64,000 nt of DNA, taken from assembly GCA_015233405.1 (NCBI GenBank), contig JADFXT010000009.1:10446-74445 (forward strand). The letters are read 5' to 3'. The DNA is from Candidatus Omnitrophota bacterium (GTDB lineage: Bacteria; Omnitrophota; Gorgyraeia; Zapsychrales; Zapsychraceae). The position numbers and the translations under genes are program-made. A model generated the notes under the pieces. It did not search any database and was not told the origin of the DNA. It saw nothing but the letters and a program-made list of their open reading frames with translations. This document shows, in pieces, positions 17,957-28,045 of the stretch. Every line of letters begins with the position of its first letter. The first letter of the stretch is position 1.

Positions 17957-20900
17957 ATGAAGAAGGTTCTAAATGATAAGCAGGGAACATATTCTTTTGA
18001 TCCGCAAGGCCGTTTTGTCATCGAGAATTATAATCAAAGTAAAACCTTCAGCAATTTTTTCCCCGGGATCGCCGGACTTTGGGGAATCCCGATGTGGGTC
18101 TTTTATGTCAACCGAGGCCAGTGCATTTCCAGTTTTGGGATCGAGTCCAAAGATAAAGCGATTCTAGAATTTCAGCCTGCCAATAAAGCGTATCATTTAA
18201 CGTCTTTGCAAGGGTTTCGTACCTTCATCAAAGGCAAGGTCGGCTCGAAGGAGATTTATTGGGAACCTTTCCAGAATAATTTATTAGGAACGCAGTTTTC
18301 CAAAAAACAGGTGATGCGTATTTCTACTGAAAGCCTGACCATTGAAGAGACCAACCGTGATTTGGGTTTGACCATAAAAGTCAATTATTTTACCATTCCT
18401 GAAGAACCTTTTGCAGGATTGGTCCGGCAGCTGACCATTGAGAATACAAGCAAAAAGACGTATGATTTGGAAATTGTCGACGGGCTCCCGATGATTGTGC
18501 CTTACGGGCTTACGGATTGGGTCGGTAAACATATGTCCCGGACCGTTGAAGCATGGGTCAAGGTTCGTAGCGTTGAAGAGAAAACGCCGTTTTATCAGCT
18601 CAACGTCGAGGTCGCGGACACTCCTGAAGTCACGCATATCAAAGACGGGAATTTTTATTTTGCTTTTAACGCCAGCCATCCTTCTAAGTTATTGGATTGT
18701 ATCGTTGAGCCCGAGGCGGTCTTCGCTGAAGCCGATGATTTCTCCGCGCCGGTTAATTTTTTAAATCCTTCTTTTAAAATTCCTAAAGTCCAACAGACAA
18801 GCAATAGAACTCCGTCGGCATTAAGTTTTTCCAAGGTGTCTTTAGCACCAAAGAAAACAGCGGAGATTGTTTCTGTCATTGGGCATACGACGACAATCAA
18901 AAATTTGAAGACCATTGTCAGCAAGGCGACAGCGAAAAGTTTTATCGAAGGGAAAGAGAAACAAAATAAAAATCTTATCGAAGAGATCAAAAATTTCGCT
19001 TTGACCAAAAGTTCGTCATTAGAATTTGATTTGTATTCGGGGAATACATTCCTGGACAATATTTTACGCGGAGGGTTACCGATCTCTTTAAAAACCAGCG
19101 ACGGATATATGGCATTTAATGTCTACAGCCGTAAGCATGGGGACCCGGAACGCGATTATAACTTTTTTGTGGTTTCTCCGACATTCTATTCCCAGGGAAA
19201 CGGCAATTACCGTGATGTCAATCAGAACCGCAGGAACGATGCCTGGTTCAATGCGCATGTTAAAGACAATCATCTGATCAACTTTGTTAATTTAATTCAG
19301 GCCGATGGATACAATCCTCTGGTTGTCAAAGGAACGTCTTTTTCCGCTGAAAATGAGGCGGCCATTACGGATATTTTAAAGGCGTATGTGAAAGAAGAGG
19401 ATATCCTAAAGCTCAAAGAATTCTTAAAAACAAAATTTTTGCCCGGTGGACTTCTTCATTTTATCGAAGAGAAAAATATTTCGCTTAAAAAGGATGCCAA
19501 AGATTTTTTGGGCCAGATTCTGGAAGCTTGCCATAAACAGGAATTGGCCGAACATGGGGAAGGATTTTGGACAGATCATTGGACGTATAATCTGGACTTG
19601 ATCGAAAGCTATTTTTCCCTTTATCCGGAAGATCTAAAGAATTTATTGTTGGAGCGGAAGGTTTTCAGTTTCTTCCATGACGGGCATTATGTCCTGCCTC
19701 GGGATAAACGCTATATTCTCGCCAAGAATGGTGTTCGGCAATATCGATCTGTTTCCAAGGGCGAGCACCCGCAAGGAAAAGAAAATGGGAACAAGTTAAG
19801 GGTCGCTAAAGGTGAGGGAGCTGTTTATCAAACGAGCCTTATGTGCAAGGCCTTGTGCCTTATTGCCAATAAAGTCTCGACGCTGGATCCGAGCGGCATC
19901 GGCGTTGAAATGGAGGCCAATAAGCCGAATTGGTATGACGCCTTAAACGGTCTTCCCGGGTTGCTTGGGTCTTCGATTTCAGAAACCCTTGAAATTAAGC
20001 GGTTGAGCTCTTTCTTGTTGGATTCTTTGGATCGCTTGTCTTTGGACGATAATGAAAAGATAAACATTTTTGAAGAGTTGGCGGATTTTATCGTGGGATT
20101 GACTGGTGTTTTGTCGTCGGATAATGACGCGTATTGGGCAAAATCCAATGACCTTAAAGAACGTTATCGTTCGTTGATCTTGACCGGCATTGACGGCAGG
20201 GAGAAAGAATTGTCTGTTAAGGAAATAAAGACGTTCTTAAAAAATGTCATCGTGAAGACGGATACTGCTTTTAAGAAGGCATTCGATGACAAAGGATTCT
20301 TAAGAACGTATTTTCATCATGAGGTCACAGAATATGAAACGCTTTCTGATCCGTCCAAGGGAAGTGCTTTTGTCCGGCCGCTAAAATTTAAGAAGCACGA
20401 GCTGCCGCTTTTTCTGGAAGGGTATGTGCATGCTTTAAGAGGCGAGACCGATAGCTCTTTGGCGAAAGACCTTTATCGCCAGGTTCGTAAGAGCGGTCTC
20501 TACGATAAAAAACTTAAGATGTACAAAGTCAATGAGGATTTATCCAAAGAGTCTGAGGAAATAGGCCGCACCAGGATTTTTCCTCGAGGGTGGTTGGAGA
20601 ATGAGTCCATTTGGCTTCATATGGAATATAAATTTTTGCTGGAGCTTTTGCGCCGTGGATTAGTGGAAGAATTTTATGAGAACTTCCAGAACGTTTTGAT
20701 TCCGTTCCTCAAGCCCGAACAATATGGCCGCAGCATTTTAGAAAATTCTTCATTTCTCGTCAGTAGCGCTCATGAAGATGCAAAGTTGCACGGCCGTGGA
20801 TTTGTCGCCCGATTGTCCGGCAGTACGGCGGAATTCATGCACATCTGGCTTTTTATGAATGTCGGATTAAATCCTTTTCTCATGAATCCCCAAGGCCAGT

Positions 20901-21229
20901 TGGTCTTTTCTTTAAGCCCCATGCTCGCTGGGTGGTTGTTTACAAAACAGAAATCACAGGTTCAATATTTGACGCCTGAAAATAAGATAAAGACTGCCGA
21001 TTTGCCGGCGAACGTGTATGCGTATAATCTCTTGGGGAGCACCCTGGTTGTTTATCATAATAAAACCAGAAAAGACACCTTTGGAAAAGACAAGGCGAAA
21101 ATACAGGAAATCCATGTCACATATCCTCAACAGAAAGCCATTGTCCTTTCATCGTCGGAGGTTGGCGCCCCCTATGCCCAGGACATCCGAGACCGGAAGA
21201 TCGAGCGCATTGATGTTTATTTTCAATAA
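17957..21229 (+). CDS. Large (1,090 aa) uncharacterised protein, possibly a GH94-like/(alpha/alpha)6 glycoside phosphorylase- or hydrolase-like enzyme
   Basis: A long clean ORF preceded by an RBS. Motifs FFPGIAGLWGIPMWVFYVNRGQ, GNGNYRDVNQNRRND, GEGFWTDHWTYNLDLIESY and NKPNWYDALNGLPG remind me of proteins annotated as cellobiose-phosphorylase-like. This is an unverified recollection. Confidence 0.35.
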   Translation: MKKVLNDKQGTYSFDPQGRFVIENYNQSKTFSNFFPGIAGLWGIPMWVFYVNRGQCISSFGIESKDKAILEFQPANKAYHLTSLQGFRTFIKGKVGSKEIYWEPFQNNLLGTQFSKKQVMRISTESLTIEETNRDLGLTIKVNYFTIPEEPFAGLVRQLTIENTSKKTYDLEIVDGLPMIVPYGLTDWVGKHMSRTVEAWVKVRSVEEKTPFYQLNVEVADTPEVTHIKDGNFYFAFNASHPSKLLDCIVEPEAVFAEADDFSAPVNFLNPSFKIPKVQQTSNRTPSALSFSKVSLAPKKTAEIVSVIGHTTTIKNLKTIVSKATAKSFIEGKEKQNKNLIEEIKNFALTKSSSLEFDLYSGNTFLDNILRGGLPISLKTSDGYMAFNVYSRKHGDPERDYNFFVVSPTFYSQGNGNYRDVNQNRRNDAWFNAHVKDNHLINFVNLIQADGYNPLVVKGTSFSAENEAAITDILKAYVKEEDILKLKEFLKTKFLPGGLLHFIEEKNISLKKDAKDFLGQILEACHKQELAEHGEGFWTDHWTYNLDLIESYFSLYPEDLKNLLLERKVFSFFHDGHYVLPRDKRYILAKNGVRQYRSVSKGEHPQGKENGNKLRVAKGEGAVYQTSLMCKALCLIANKVSTLDPSGIGVEMEANKPNWYDALNGLPGLLGSSISETLEIKRLSSFLLDSLDRLSLDDNEKINIFEELADFIVGLTGVLSSDNDAYWAKSNDLKERYRSLILTGIDGREKELSVKEIKTFLKNVIVKTDTAFKKAFDDKGFLRTYFHHEVTEYETLSDPSKGSAFVRPLKFKKHELPLFLEGYVHALRGETDSSLAKDLYRQVRKSGLYDKKLKMYKVNEDLSKESEEIGRTRIFPRGWLENESIWLHMEYKFLLELLRRGLVEEFYENFQNVLIPFLKPEQYGRSILENSSFLVSSAHEDAKLHGRGFVARLSGSTAEFMHIWLFMNVGLNPFLMNPQGQLVFSLSPMLAGWLFTKQKSQVQYLTPENKIKTADLPANVYAYNLLGSTLVVYHNKTRKDTFGKDKAKIQEIHVTYPQQKAIVLSSSEVGAPYAQDIRDRKIERIDVYFQ

Positions 21230-21815
21230 TATCGTCAGGAAAAGATCTATTTTTTTCGTGACCCTGGGAATAGCTGCTACTTTTCTTTTGCTTCCTTCGT
21301 TTGTTTTCCCTGATACCAATTTCTCAAAATATTGCAGCGATGCGTATGAGAAAGACCAGCAATGCCCTTCCGATGTTTGCAGGCTTAAGCCCGAAGGTTG
21401 CGTTCCGAAACCCTGTTATGCCATTGATGTGGCGTCTTGCCCGAAGGATTATTGCGATATTCTTAAAGGCTGTAGCGGTAAAAAAGTTTGTTATGACAAA
21501 ATTGATGACAGCCTGTTAATGTGTGGAGGCTTAGCGTATGAGGGGCAGACCTTAGAATGCTGTGAAGGTTTTGTGAAGCGCTGCGGGATCGAATTTTATG
21601 ACGGGAGCTGTGATATGGAAGGGAAAAATACGTCGGAATCTGTGGCGGCTTGTATCCCATGCGGGAATGGAATTTGTAATCAGTTTGAGAACCGCTGTAA
21701 TTGCCCTGAAGATTGCGGACAGTTTGAACTTAAGGATAGGCCAAAACAGAAAAAAGTGATCCCTGCCGTCGGAGAGCCTAGCAAGGGATTAACGGTCCAG
21801 CCCAAGAATCCTTAA
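21213..21815 (+). CDS. Secreted cysteine-rich protein (about 200 aa, 20 Cys in the mature part)
   Basis: The track ORF starts at 21018, inside the upstream gene. ATG 21213 gives the signal peptide MFIFNNIVRKRSIFFVTLGIAATFLLLPSFVFP. The mature part is dense in Cys and ends with CIPCGNGICNQFENRCNCPEDCG. Its 3' end overlaps lpxB tail-to-tail by 27 nt. Confidence 0.6.
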   Translation: MFIFNNIVRKRSIFFVTLGIAATFLLLPSFVFPDTNFSKYCSDAYEKDQQCPSDVCRLKPEGCVPKPCYAIDVASCPKDYCDILKGCSGKKVCYDKIDDSLLMCGGLAYEGQTLECCEGFVKRCGIEFYDGSCDMEGKNTSESVAACIPCGNGICNQFENRCNCPEDCGQFELKDRPKQKKVIPAVGEPSKGLTVQPKNP

Positions 21816-22931
21816 CGCCGCGTTTGACCCACTGCCGCCTGCTCCTAAAGATTTCCGAACTTTTTTTAATTCTTCTTTGATTAATGACGTCTTATTCTCG
21901 TCGATGATGAAGCGTTCAATTTCCTCTGCAATATTTTTACCCGTCGCTTGAAATTGGATACATTCGGGCACAACGCGTTTTCCTGCCACAACATTGACCA
22001 ATCCAATATTCGGGATCTTGACTAAAAGTTTGGCTAAAATCCATGTTAGAAGGGACGTTTTGTAGACGACAACCATCGGCTTCTCTAAGATGGCCGTTTC
22101 AAGCGTTGCTGTCCCCGAGGCTACCATGCAAAAATCACACGCATTGATCCCGTCATAAGTTGCCTGTTCTATAATGGATAGTTTGATCGGAAATTTTTCT
22201 AAATATTTTTCCAACAAAGGTCTTTCAATCGTCGGAGCTTTGATCAAAAGAAACTGGGCTTTGGGGTGTTTGTTCAATAAAATTCGACTAGCGTCCAGCA
22301 TCACGGGAAGAAGGGTTTCGATCTCTTTTTGCCGTGAGCCCGGAAGAAGCCCGATGGTCAGCTCTTTGGGATTAAGATTTAAGGACGATAGAAATTGCTC
22401 TTTTGGCTGGGATGTTTTAACGATATCGACCAGCGGGTGTCCGACAAAATCCACGTCAATGCCGAACTTAGCGTAAAAATCTTTTTCAAATTGGAATAAT
22501 ACGAGCATTTTATCGACGGATTTTTGGATAGTATAGACGCGATTCTTTTTCCAGGCCCAAACCTGTGGGCTGATGTAATAGATGACTTTGATATTTCGTT
22601 TCTTAAGTTCTACGGCCAGACGCAGATTAAATCCGGGGTAGTCGACTAAAATAACGGCGGCAGGTTTTATCTCGTCGCATTTTTGAAGGATGAGGGTAAA
22701 AATTTCCTTAAATTTTTTGTAATGTTTAAGGACTTCCACAAACCCGACGACCGCGATCTTTGTCATGTCAAAGTAAAGACGAACGCCTAAAGACTCCATC
22801 TGCGGGCCGCCGAGACCGGAAAAGGTGATAGAAGGGTCCAGTCGCCGCATAGCTTCGACGAGATGGGCGGCATGCATGTCGCCCGAGGCTTCCCCCGCAA
22901 CGATTATAAAATGTTTTTGTTGGTCTGCCAT
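21789..22931 (-). CDS. lpxB: Lipid-A-disaccharide synthase
   Basis: The N-terminus FIIVAGEASGDMHAAHLVEAMR, then YYISPQVWAWKKNR, LLPGSRQKEI and VASGTATLE are LpxB signatures. Confidence 0.9.
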   Translation of the reverse strand: MADQQKHFIIVAGEASGDMHAAHLVEAMRRLDPSITFSGLGGPQMESLGVRLYFDMTKIAVVGFVEVLKHYKKFKEIFTLILQKCDEIKPAAVILVDYPGFNLRLAVELKKRNIKVIYYISPQVWAWKKNRVYTIQKSVDKMLVLFQFEKDFYAKFGIDVDFVGHPLVDIVKTSQPKEQFLSSLNLNPKELTIGLLPGSRQKEIETLLPVMLDASRILLNKHPKAQFLLIKAPTIERPLLEKYLEKFPIKLSIIEQATYDGINACDFCMVASGTATLETAILEKPMVVVYKTSLLTWILAKLLVKIPNIGLVNVVAGKRVVPECIQFQATGKNIAEEIERFIIDENKTSLIKEELKKVRKSLGAGGSGSNAALRILGLDR

Positions 22932-23851
22932 ATTTTTTGGGTGATGTCCAGTGCGACTTTAAGGGCTTCCCGGCCTTCGACGCCAGAGACCAGCGGCTGC
23001 GTATTTTTTTGAATGCAGTCGACAAAGTGTTCAAGCTCACGCTTGAGGGGCTGATCTTTTTCAATAGGAAGGCTGTGCTTTAAAATGTGACCGTGGTCTT
23101 TTTTGTAGATATAGGCTTCTTGCTTGACATAATCCAAAGAAATATATGCGTCTCTCTGAAAAATGCGGATTTTGCGCATGACATCGTCGGAAATCCGGCT
23201 GGCGGTCAGATTACAAACACATCCGTTCTCAAAAGTGATGCGGACGCTGGCGATATCCTCCAATGTCGTAAGCACGTTAATCCCGGTTGCCTGGATATCT
23301 TTGATCTTCGATGGGACAAGCCCAAGAATAATATCAATATCGTGAATCATCAAGTCCATGACAACGCCGATGTCCAAGGACCGGTTCGGGAAATGATTTA
23401 GCCGGTGGCATTCGATAAAAAGAGGATTATGCATAAAATGTTTGACCGACTCAAACGCTGAGTTAAAACGTTCGATGTGGCCGATTTGAAGCTTAACATT
23501 GTTTTTTTGAGCCAGTTGGACCAGTTCATCAGCTTGCTCGATGGTTGTGGTCATGGGTTTTTCGATGAACGTATGGATCTTTTGGTTGAGGAAAAACTTC
23601 GCGATTTCAAAATGGGATTCGGTTGGCACGCAGATATTCACCGCTTCGGTATCTTTGGGGAAATTGTGATAATCTTTAAAACAGGGGATATGATATTCTT
23701 GGGTCAGTTCTTGGATCTTTTGTTCATTCGTGTCTGAGAATCCTAGAATTTCGACTTTATCCTGCAGTTCGTGATAGGTTTTAAGATGCCTGGACCCCAG
23801 GTGCCCGACTCCGACAACAATGACTTTTGTTTTCAAAGACGCCTCCCGCAT
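22904..23851 (-). CDS. Gfo/Idh/MocA-family NAD(P)-dependent oxidoreductase (possibly GnnA-like)
   Basis: Rossmann N-terminus KVIVVGVGHLGSRHLK and the EKPM motif (FIEKPMTTT). Lies immediately upstream of lpxB and overlaps it. Confidence 0.7.
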   Translation of the reverse strand: MREASLKTKVIVVGVGHLGSRHLKTYHELQDKVEILGFSDTNEQKIQELTQEYHIPCFKDYHNFPKDTEAVNICVPTESHFEIAKFFLNQKIHTFIEKPMTTTIEQADELVQLAQKNNVKLQIGHIERFNSAFESVKHFMHNPLFIECHRLNHFPNRSLDIGVVMDLMIHDIDIILGLVPSKIKDIQATGINVLTTLEDIASVRITFENGCVCNLTASRISDDVMRKIRIFQRDAYISLDYVKQEAYIYKKDHGHILKHSLPIEKDQPLKRELEHFVDCIQKNTQPLVSGVEGREALKVALDITQKIWQTNKNIL

Positions 23852-23920
23852 TAATAAAACTAAATATTAATATTTTAAGTCAAAATTAATAAATAAGTTA
23901 GGGCAAATATAACAAATCCC

Positions 23921-23949
23921 TCGACAAATGTCAAATGATATGGTAACAT
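23921..23949 (+). promoter_or_regulatory. Candidate promoter for msbA (TCGACA - 17 nt - TAACAT)
   Basis: -35 at 23921-23926 and -10 at 23944-23949. The -10 ends only 9 nt before the msbA ATG at 23959. Confidence 0.3.
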
Positions 23950-23958
23950 CTCAGCCTT

Positions 23959-25752
23959 ATGAGAAATTATTTGAAACTTTTAGAGTTCTTAAAAGGCCAT
24001 CGCAAACTGTTTACAGTAGCAGTCATTACGATGTTTGTCTCCAGCTTTTTTGAAGTCTTTCAGCTATCGTTGCTGGTGCCGATGACGGACCGCATCTTCA
24101 ATAATAAACAGATCGTTATTCCCAATAACCTGCCTAAAATTCTTATCGACATCGTCCACAAATTAAACGGAATTGAGCCGGCAACCTTGTTCCCGATGTT
24201 TCTGATTGGGTTTGCGGTGATGATGATCCTTAAAAATATTTCGATTTTTGCTTACCAGTATTTTATGAACGATTTATCGCAGATCATCATGAGGGACATC
24301 CGTTACCGCCTTTATGAAAAGATCCAGAACCTTTCATTAGATTATTTCAGCAAGAAGCGCACCGGCGAGTTGATCTCGAGGATCACATTTGACACGAATG
24401 TCATCGAGAACGCCATTTCTTACGGCGTCACGGACCTTTTTCGGCAGATTTTTATTATCATCATGTGCGTGATCACCGCTTTTGTGATCGACCCTAAAGC
24501 GGCTTTTATTGTTTTTATTATATTTTTTGTTATCGCTTTTCCGATGGGCAAGCTCGGCAAGAAACTTCGGAAAATTTCCAAAGGCACCCAGGAAAAAATG
24601 GCCGATATTAATACTTTACTGCTGGAAACGATTTCCGGCGTGAAGTTGGTAAAGGCGTTCTGTACCGAGGACTATGAGAAAAACAGGTTCGGGTCTCATA
24701 ATTTTGATTATTATAAATTACGCATGAAGTCGATTATCAGACTTTCTTTGGTTTCTCCTTTGACGGAGCTTATCGGCGTGGCATTTGGGATTACCATTCT
24801 TTTGTGGTTCGGCCAGCGGCTCATGCACGGAGAATTGTCGTTCGGTATTTTCATCTTATTTTTTGGTGCGATCATGTCGATCATCAGCCCGGTTAAAAAA
24901 CTTGGAAACGTCAATGCCTTAACCCAGCAGGCCTTGGCGGCCAATACGCGTATTTATGAGATTTTTGATGCAGAAGTCAGTGTTAAAGAAAAGCCCGAGG
25001 CCATTGTCCTTTCGGAAATGAAAGACCGGATTGTTCTTAAGGATGTGGATTTTCATTATTACAAGGAGTCGGGCTTGGTTTTGCATGATATTAATGTGGA
25101 GATCCGTAAAGGCGAGCTTGTTGCGATCGTTGGCCCGACGGGAACTGGAAAAACGACTTTGGCCAATCTGATCCCGCGGTTCTATGACCCTTGCCGGGGA
25201 ACGGTTCAAATGGATGGGATAGATTTAAAAGACGTGACCTTCCTTTCTTTAAGAAATCAAATTGGGATTGTGACGCAAGAAACAATTCTTTTTAATGATA
25301 CGGTCCGAGCGAATATTTGTTATGGTCATCAAAATGCTACACAGAAAGAAATTGAAGAGGCGGCTCAGAAAGCTTATGCCCATCAGTTTATCCAGAAGAT
25401 GCCTCAAGGCTATGACACGATTATCGGAGACCGCGGTTTTCGCTTGTCCGGAGGGGAAAAGCAGCGTATTTCGATTGCCAGGGCCATATTAAAGAATCCG
25501 CCGATCTTGATTTTGGATGAGGCCACCTCTCAGCTGGATTCCGAATCAGAGAAATATATTCAGGATGCTCTAGATAAGTTGATGCAGGGACGAACGGTTA
25601 TTGCTATCGCGCACCGGTTATCCACCATTCAGAAGGCGGATAAGATCGTTGTTTTAGACCAAGGCCGGATCGTAGGGATGGGAAGGCATGAACAATTGCT
25701 CAAGACCTGTGAGCTTTATATGCGGCTCCATGCCATGCAATTTCATTTGTAA
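23959..25752 (+). CDS. msbA: ABC transporter with fused permease and ATPase, lipid A flippase-like
   Basis: Six-TM N-terminal half. Walker A GPTGTGKTT, signature LSGGEKQR and Walker B ILILDEATS are present. Divergent from the lpxB operon. Confidence 0.7.
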   Translation: MRNYLKLLEFLKGHRKLFTVAVITMFVSSFFEVFQLSLLVPMTDRIFNNKQIVIPNNLPKILIDIVHKLNGIEPATLFPMFLIGFAVMMILKNISIFAYQYFMNDLSQIIMRDIRYRLYEKIQNLSLDYFSKKRTGELISRITFDTNVIENAISYGVTDLFRQIFIIIMCVITAFVIDPKAAFIVFIIFFVIAFPMGKLGKKLRKISKGTQEKMADINTLLLETISGVKLVKAFCTEDYEKNRFGSHNFDYYKLRMKSIIRLSLVSPLTELIGVAFGITILLWFGQRLMHGELSFGIFILFFGAIMSIISPVKKLGNVNALTQQALAANTRIYEIFDAEVSVKEKPEAIVLSEMKDRIVLKDVDFHYYKESGLVLHDINVEIRKGELVAIVGPTGTGKTTLANLIPRFYDPCRGTVQMDGIDLKDVTFLSLRNQIGIVTQETILFNDTVRANICYGHQNATQKEIEEAAQKAYAHQFIQKMPQGYDTIIGDRGFRLSGGEKQRISIARAILKNPPILILDEATSQLDSESEKYIQDALDKLMQGRTVIAIAHRLSTIQKADKIVVLDQGRIVGMGRHEQLLKTCELYMRLHAMQFHL

Positions 25753-25801
25753 AAATAGATGTTTTTGACGTTTTTTTTCTAATTTTTCAGAAAATTAATA
25801 G

Positions 25802-25830
25802 TTGCAAAAAAAATAATAATTGGTTATACT
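25802..25830 (+). promoter_or_regulatory. Candidate sigma70 promoter for rpsB-tsf (TTGCAA - 17 nt - TATACT)
   Basis: -35 at 25802-25807 and -10 at 25825-25830. This leaves a leader of about 115 nt before rpsB. Confidence 0.45.
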
Positions 25831-25953
25831 ATCTCAATTTCAAAAATCAGTTTAACCGAATAATAATTATTCTCGTGGATCCTGAGCCACAAAGGCGTGT
25901 CTAAGGATAACTCAAAAGAGGTAATTATTAAACCAACAGATGGAGGAAATAGG

Positions 25954-26730
25954 ATGGAAGATTTAATTCGAACGTTATTAGAAGCCGGCGTGCATTTTGG
26001 GCACCAAACGAAACGCTGGAACCCGAAAATGAAGAAATTTATTTTTGGGCAAAGAAGCGGCATTTATATTATCGACTTGGAAAAGACGGTCGAGAATTTA
26101 AATAAAGCTAGGGATTTCGTCAGGGATGTCGCTGCCAAAGGCGGGCGAGTTCTTTTTGTCGGAACCAAGAAACAAGCGCAGATGATCGTCGAGGAAGAAG
26201 CCAAGAAAGCGGAGATGTTTTATGTCAGCAACCGTTGGCTCGGCGGACTTCTGACCAATTATCAGACCGTGAGAAAATCTCTTGATCGTTTGACAGAAAT
26301 CGAACAGATGGTCACCAACGGGATTTGGGAAAATTTAAAGAAGAAAGAAACCTCCCGTTTGACTAAAGAAAAAGAAAAGCTTTTGAAAGATTTAGGCGGT
26401 ATTCGGGAAATGAAAGACATCCCGCAAATTGTTTTTATTGTTGACCCGAAAAAAGAAGACATTGCCGTCAAAGAAGCCAAGAAACTTAAAATTCCTATTG
26501 TGGCGATCCTTGATACCAATTGTGACCCGGATCCTATTGATTATCCTGTCCCTGGAAACGATGACGCCTTAAAATCCATCAGAGTGATTACCTCTTTAAT
26601 TGTGGATAGCTTGCTTGAAGGTCGAAAGGAATATTTGACCAGCGAAGCAATGAAGAAAAAAGCTCAACCTAAACAAGAATCCCAACCTGCACCAGAAGCC
26701 CCAGCTACGGAAACCAAAGCTGCGGCCTAA
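25954..26730 (+). CDS. rpsB: 30S ribosomal protein S2
   Basis: [26 protein letters not shown] is the canonical S2 N-terminus. RBS GGAGG lies before ATG 25954. The track start 25897 (GTG) adds 19 unlikely residues. Confidence 0.93.
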   Translation: MEDLIRTLLEAGVHFGHQTKRWNPKMKKFIFGQRSGIYIIDLEKTVENLNKARDFVRDVAAKGGRVLFVGTKKQAQMIVEEEAKKAEMFYVSNRWLGGLLTNYQTVRKSLDRLTEIEQMVTNGIWENLKKKETSRLTKEKEKLLKDLGGIREMKDIPQIVFIVDPKKEDIAVKEAKKLKIPIVAILDTNCDPDPIDYPVPGNDDALKSIRVITSLIVDSLLEGRKEYLTSEAMKKKAQPKQESQPAPEAPATETKAAA

Positions 26731-26784
26731 GACGGTTCTTCGTTAAATTTTTACCTTGAAATTAAGGAAAGGATGATTTTAAAA

Positions 26785-27315
26785 ATGGCTATTTCAGCAG
26801 ATATGATCAAACAGCTCCGGGAAATGACGTCTTGCGGCGTTATTGAGTGTAAAAAAGCGCTCGAAGAATCCCAGGGAGATTTTAATAAAGCCAAGGAAAT
26901 TTTGCAGAAACGCGGACTCGAAATTGCCGCCAAGAAAGCCGGTCGTGTGGCAAAAGAAGGGCGCGTGGAAGCCTATATTCATTTAGGGAATAAAATCGGG
27001 GTCTTGGTGGAAGCCAATTGCGAAACAGACTTTGTCGCTAAGAACGCGGATTTTATCGCTTTTACCAAAAATGCGGCCATGCAGATTGCTGCCATGAATC
27101 CGAAATATATTAAAAGAGAGGACATCCCCGAAGAGGTTTTGAAAGAGCAACCTGATATTAATAAATATGCTAAAGAAGTCTGCCTTTTGGAACAGCCTTT
27201 TGTGAGGGACTCAAGCCAAACCCTTCAGGATGTATTAAACGGGTTGGTCGCCAGTATCGGGGAAAATATTTTTATCAGCCGTTTCAAACGATTTAAGGTT
27301 GGCGAAATTGAATAA
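26785..27315 (+). CDS. tsf: Elongation factor Ts (short form)
   Basis: [44 protein letters not shown] is the Tsf N-terminal domain. The alternative start ATG 26773 is possible. Confidence 0.88.
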   Translation: MAISADMIKQLREMTSCGVIECKKALEESQGDFNKAKEILQKRGLEIAAKKAGRVAKEGRVEAYIHLGNKIGVLVEANCETDFVAKNADFIAFTKNAAMQIAAMNPKYIKREDIPEEVLKEQPDINKYAKEVCLLEQPFVRDSSQTLQDVLNGLVASIGENIFISRFKRFKVGEIE

Positions 27316-28030
27316 AAAGAAATCAGCGTATACAAGAATCCTTCTTAAATTAAGTGGCGAAGCCCTCTTGGGAAACCAGGATCATGGGATCGATGCTGAG
27401 ATGTGCGCTTTTTTTGCCACGCAAATCAAAGAGGTTCGTGCATTAGGCATTAAGGTCGCTCTAGTTGTCGGCGGAGGAAATATTTTCCGTGGACAGGTGG
27501 AGTCGAAACGCTTCGGGCTTGATCGTTCTGTCGCGGATTATATGGGGATGCTAGCGACTGTTTTAAATGGTCTGGCACTTCAGAATGCGTTGGAGCAAAT
27601 TGGCGTCCCGACCCGGGTATTGACCGCCATTGAAATGTCTGCGATTGCCGAGCCATATATTCGACGGCGCGCGTTAAGGCATTTGGAAAAAAATCGTGTG
27701 ATTATTTTTGTCGCCGGCACGGGGAACCCTTATTTTACGACGGACACCGCTGCGGCATTACGGGCCAATGAAATCCACGCGGACATTATTTTAAAAGCCA
27801 CAAAAGTCGACGGTGTTTATTCCGACGATCCGGTCAAGAATAAGAACGCGACAAGATATGATAAGATTAAATTCATGGATGCTCTTAAACAAAATTTGAA
27901 AGTGATGGATTCGACTGCTATTAGTATGTGTATGGATAATAATCTGCCGATTATTGTTTTTAATGCCTTTCAAAAAGGAAATATTAAGAAAGTCGTTTTA
28001 GGCCAAAATATCGGAACGATTGTCCAATAG
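27299..28030 (+). CDS. pyrH: UMP kinase
   Basis: [21 protein letters not shown] and [16 protein letters not shown] are PyrH signatures. TTG start overlaps the end of tsf. Confidence 0.92.
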   Translation: MAKLNKKKSAYTRILLKLSGEALLGNQDHGIDAEMCAFFATQIKEVRALGIKVALVVGGGNIFRGQVESKRFGLDRSVADYMGMLATVLNGLALQNALEQIGVPTRVLTAIEMSAIAEPYIRRRALRHLEKNRVIIFVAGTGNPYFTTDTAAALRANEIHADIILKATKVDGVYSDDPVKNKNATRYDKIKFMDALKQNLKVMDSTAISMCMDNNLPIIVFNAFQKGNIKKVVLGQNIGTIVQ

Positions 28031-28045
28031 ACGGAGGGAAGAGAA

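Noticed and set aside
21018-21212. Track start at 21018 for the Cys-rich protein
   Set aside because: That start would overlap the preceding gene by 212 nt and put 65 non-signal residues before a clear signal peptide. ATG 21213 is the more plausible start.
26773-27315. tsf looks short (176-180 aa), raising the question of truncation or a pseudogene
   Set aside because: The ORF is intact, with a canonical N-terminal domain and core, and is translationally coupled to pyrH. Short Tsf forms exist in other bacteria, so there is no evidence of decay.
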